From IMG/VR virus record IMGVR_UViG_3300020470_001595, positions 1 through 60,382 of that record: a stretch of DNA of 60,382 nucleotides. One strand, given 5' to 3'. The notes below the pieces were generated by a model. It was not told the origin of the DNA. It saw only the letters and a list, made by a program, of their open reading frames with translations, and did not search any database. This stretch comes from a virus (lineage: Duplodnaviria; Caudoviricetes). The position numbers and the translations under genes were made by a program. Shown here one piece after another: positions 57,597 to 60,382 of this stretch (position 1 is the stretch's first letter; each line of letters begins with the position of its first letter).

Positions 57597-60382
57597 TGGC
57601 AGCAACGATTCTGATAAAGAGGACGCAAGGAACCTCTCCTCCAACCGCAGCACCAGTTGGTACTGGTGTATCGTTTGGTGAATTAGTATATACCTACGAT
57701 ACTTCGGATGTAGGTGCTGGTAAGTCGTATAAGAAATTATATATTGGTCATCCAGACGGTAATACAAATCCTCCTATAGCAATCGGTGGTGAATATTACA
57801 CCGATATGCTGCCAGATAACCCTGCAGATTTTGGTAAACCAACTGCATCTAAAGCAGTCATTCTTAACCCCTCAGGGCAAATTGATACCTGGAGTGTAGC
57901 TACTGATCTTTTAGTAGGTGCTGCAGCCACTGTATCAGGTAATCTATCTGTTGCTGGTAATTTAGATGTTACAGGCGATTTAACATATGACGAAGTAAAT
58001 GCAAGAAATTGGAATATAACTGGTGTTGCAACTGCACCAACTCTTAATGTTACTGGAGTATTTGATACTCCTAATCTACAAAACAGAGTAGGTTTAATTA
58101 GTGCTATTGCTGGTGTTGGTGGTACATTTAATGATTGGAATGCCACATCTGCACAGTTTGAACAGGTTAATGTAAGTCATGCTACAACGACTAAGAACTT
58201 AACTATTAGTGGTATCTCAACGATTGAGAACAACTATGATTTCAGAACGCAATTAATAAGAATTGGTAGAGAAGCAGGTAAATTAGAGACTGACGGTACA
58301 GATCGTCAGGGTATGTTTATTGGTAACTGGGCTGGTAATCAGGCTGGTTTAGGAACTCAAACTAAGAGAAACATTGCTATTGGTCAAAGTGCCTTCCAAA
58401 AGGGTGGTGTAACTAAAGCAGAGTCTAATATATTCTTTGGTAATTTTGCAGGACAAGAAGCAGAAGGTTCACATAACATCTATATTGGTGACAAGGTTGG
58501 ACAAGATTTAGGTTCTCAGTCTATTCTCACTTATGGTGAGACTGGTGATGCTAGTACTATTTCATTCTCTGATGGTAGTCAATTAAGCAATGATCCATAT
58601 GCTTACAGAGTATATGGTACTACAGATAATTTCTCCAACATACAGGGTGGTGACTGGGCAATTGCTATTGCTAATCTTGGTGATCTTGGAATCATTAACA
58701 ATGCTGTTACTGGTAACCTATCATTTAACATTGGTACTTGTACTAATGCTTATCTAGCAAAGCTAATTGGTCAACAGTTTACAGTTAAGGGACAGGATAA
58801 CTTTGCGTTATTAACTGATAATAACGATGCTATCTACTTATCCACTGGTACTGTTGGATTAACAGATACTTATGGATTCTTAGTTGTAAGATCAGGTATT
58901 ACAACAAATAGTGGTAAGGAAGATCATGAGCAGAATATTGGTATAGGTAGAGAAGCACTATGGGGTGCTGGTATATCCACTAACCAAAGCAATAACATTG
59001 CTATTGGTGCATTTGCCCTTTACAATGTAATGGGTAGTGATAATGTAGCTATTGGTAATTCTGCTGGTACTCATAATACTGGTAATAATAATGTTATCAT
59101 TGGTAAAGGACAAGATGTTAGATATCCAGATCAAGACGATCAGTTAATAATTGGTTCAGGTGATGTTAAGTGGGTATCTGGTAATAAGGACGGTTGGGTT
59201 GGAATCGGGACCACCACACCAACAGCACTCCTCGATGTGGATGGTGATGTCAACATCACTGGTGTTGCTACTATTCCTCAATTAGATGTTAATAGTCTTG
59301 GTATAGAAGCACTATATGTTACTGCTGGTGTTCAAACATCTTATGTTGGTACTTATTCAACAATAACTGTATTTGATACTGAGACAGCAGATCTAAACGA
59401 TGTTAAGATTACTTCTGGTATCATTACATCTCAAGTTGGTACTTATGCGACAATAACAGTATTTGATACTGAAACCGCAGATCTTAGAGATGTTCAGATC
59501 ACTGCTGGTATCATTACTGACATTGTTGGTACTGCTGCAACTATAACCACATTTGACACAGAGATAGCAGATCTTCAGAGTGTTAAGATTACTACTGGTA
59601 TCATTACCGATATCGTTGGTACTGCTGCTACTATTACTAATGTTGATTTTATCAACACAGATATTGAACAAGCAAAGATTACTGCTGGTATCATTACATC
59701 ACAGGTTGGTACTTATGCAACCATAACAGTATTTGATACTGAAACTGCAGACTTACAAGATGTTAAGATTACTGCTGGTATTATTACATCTCAAGTTGGC
59801 ACTTATGCAACTATAACTGTATTTGATACAGAAACTGCTGACCTTAAAGATGTTAAGGTAACTTCTGGTATCATTACTGATATTGTTGGTACAGCAGCAA
59901 CTATTACAACTATTGATTCTGAAAATGGTGATATTGAATTTGCTAAGATTACTGTTGGTATCATAACTGATATTATCGGTGTTGCTGCTACATTTACTGA
60001 TGTTAATATTACTGCTGACCTTAGAGTTGGTGGTGCAACTACCTTTACTGGTAATGTAACCTTCAATGGAGGTACAATCGGTCTTGGTGATTCTATAACA
60101 GATAATGTTGTATTCAATGCAGACATTGATTCTAACTTTATCCCTGACGATGACGATACTTATGATATTGGTAGTGCTACTCAACAATGGAAAGATATCC
60201 ATATTGACGGTGTTGCTTATGTTGATGACCTAAGTGTTGATTCTACAGTCGGTACTTATGCAACATTCACTACAGCACACATAACAACTCTGAGTGCTGA
60301 TAATCTAAGCTTTACTGGAATTGCTGTTACTGATGTTGTTGGTACTGCAGCAACCATTACAACTATCGATAGCACAGAAGGT
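57596..60382 (+). CDS. Tail fibre protein, truncated at the window end (absent from the ORF track)
   Basis: TAATG coupling; MAATILIKRTQGTSPP...FGELVY N-terminus; NxxIG repeats; fibre-like translation continues to the window end. Confidence 0.85.
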   Translation, partial: MAATILIKRTQGTSPPTAAPVGTGVSFGELVYTYDTSDVGAGKSYKKLYIGHPDGNTNPPIAIGGEYYTDMLPDNPADFGKPTASKAVILNPSGQIDTWSVATDLLVGAAATVSGNLSVAGNLDVTGDLTYDEVNARNWNITGVATAPTLNVTGVFDTPNLQNRVGLISAIAGVGGTFNDWNATSAQFEQVNVSHATTTKNLTISGISTIENNYDFRTQLIRIGREAGKLETDGTDRQGMFIGNWAGNQAGLGTQTKRNIAIGQSAFQKGGVTKAESNIFFGNFAGQEAEGSHNIYIGDKVGQDLGSQSILTYGETGDASTISFSDGSQLSNDPYAYRVYGTTDNFSNIQGGDWAIAIANLGDLGIINNAVTGNLSFNIGTCTNAYLAKLIGQQFTVKGQDNFALLTDNNDAIYLSTGTVGLTDTYGFLVVRSGITTNSGKEDHEQNIGIGREALWGAGISTNQSNNIAIGAFALYNVMGSDNVAIGNSAGTHNTGNNNVIIGKGQDVRYPDQDDQLIIGSGDVKWVSGNKDGWVGIGTTTPTALLDVDGDVNITGVATIPQLDVNSLGIEALYVTAGVQTSYVGTYSTITVFDTETADLNDVKITSGIITSQVGTYATITVFDTETADLRDVQITAGIITDIVGTAATITTFDTEIADLQSVKITTGIITDIVGTAATITNVDFINTDIEQAKITAGIITSQVGTYATITVFDTETADLQDVKITAGIITSQVGTYATITVFDTETADLKDVKVTSGIITDIVGTAATITTIDSENGDIEFAKITVGIITDIIGVAATFTDVNITADLRVGGATTFTGNVTFNGGTIGLGDSITDNVVFNADIDSNFIPDDDDTYDIGSATQQWKDIHIDGVAYVDDLSVDSTVGTYATFTTAHITTLSADNLSFTGIAVTDVVGTAATITTIDSTEG
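59311..60030 (+). repeat. 90-bp (30-aa) tandem repeat, about 8 copies
   Basis: Unit DVKITxGIITxxVGTxATITxFDTExADL; equivalent positions at 59401, 59491, 59581, 59671, 59761, 59851, 59941. Confidence 0.9.

Noticed and set aside
59311-60030. CRISPR array or DGR template/variable repeats
   Set aside because: In-frame coding repeats with synonymous variation, no unique spacers, no cas or RT genes
30858-60202. Numerous short alternate-frame and antisense ORFs within structural genes
   Set aside because: Expected by-products of strong codon bias within long genes; no independent signals

Overview
AT-rich segment of a T4-like marine cyanomyovirus (Kyanoviridae-type; a Prochlorococcus-infecting, P-SSM2-like phage is my inference from gene content). 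Almost all genes are on the + strand. (1) 124-10046: late fibre/adhesin genes, including an S74-chaperone fibre and a gp38-like adhesin with long Gly-X-Pro tracts. (2) 10053-17007: enzyme island with two 2OG-Fe(II) oxygenases, a ligase-motif protein, a tandem pair of flavin-halogenase-family genes (one degenerate), a nuclease-like gene and petF. (3) 17098-27015: early region of small, mostly acidic ORFs with an ArdA-like protein, a DNA methyltransferase and two promoter-driven structured RNA candidates; a palindrome + TATAAT promoter motif recurs seven times between 10655 and 25478. (4) 27016-27607: ORF-poor interval with inverted cyanobacterial-type DnaA boxes and three TTGACA promoters, a candidate replication origin. 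(5) 27983-60382: conserved core with host-like DUF2997/DUF1257, gp25, gp6, a 5133-aa gp7, gp8, VrlC and a truncated repeat-rich fibre. Leading candidates for undescribed biology: a late-expressed fibre-modification cassette (hydroxylase and halogenase), the structured RNAs (one switch-like, upstream of ArdA), and the origin-like interval. All calls come from motif reading by eye; no searches or folding programs were run.
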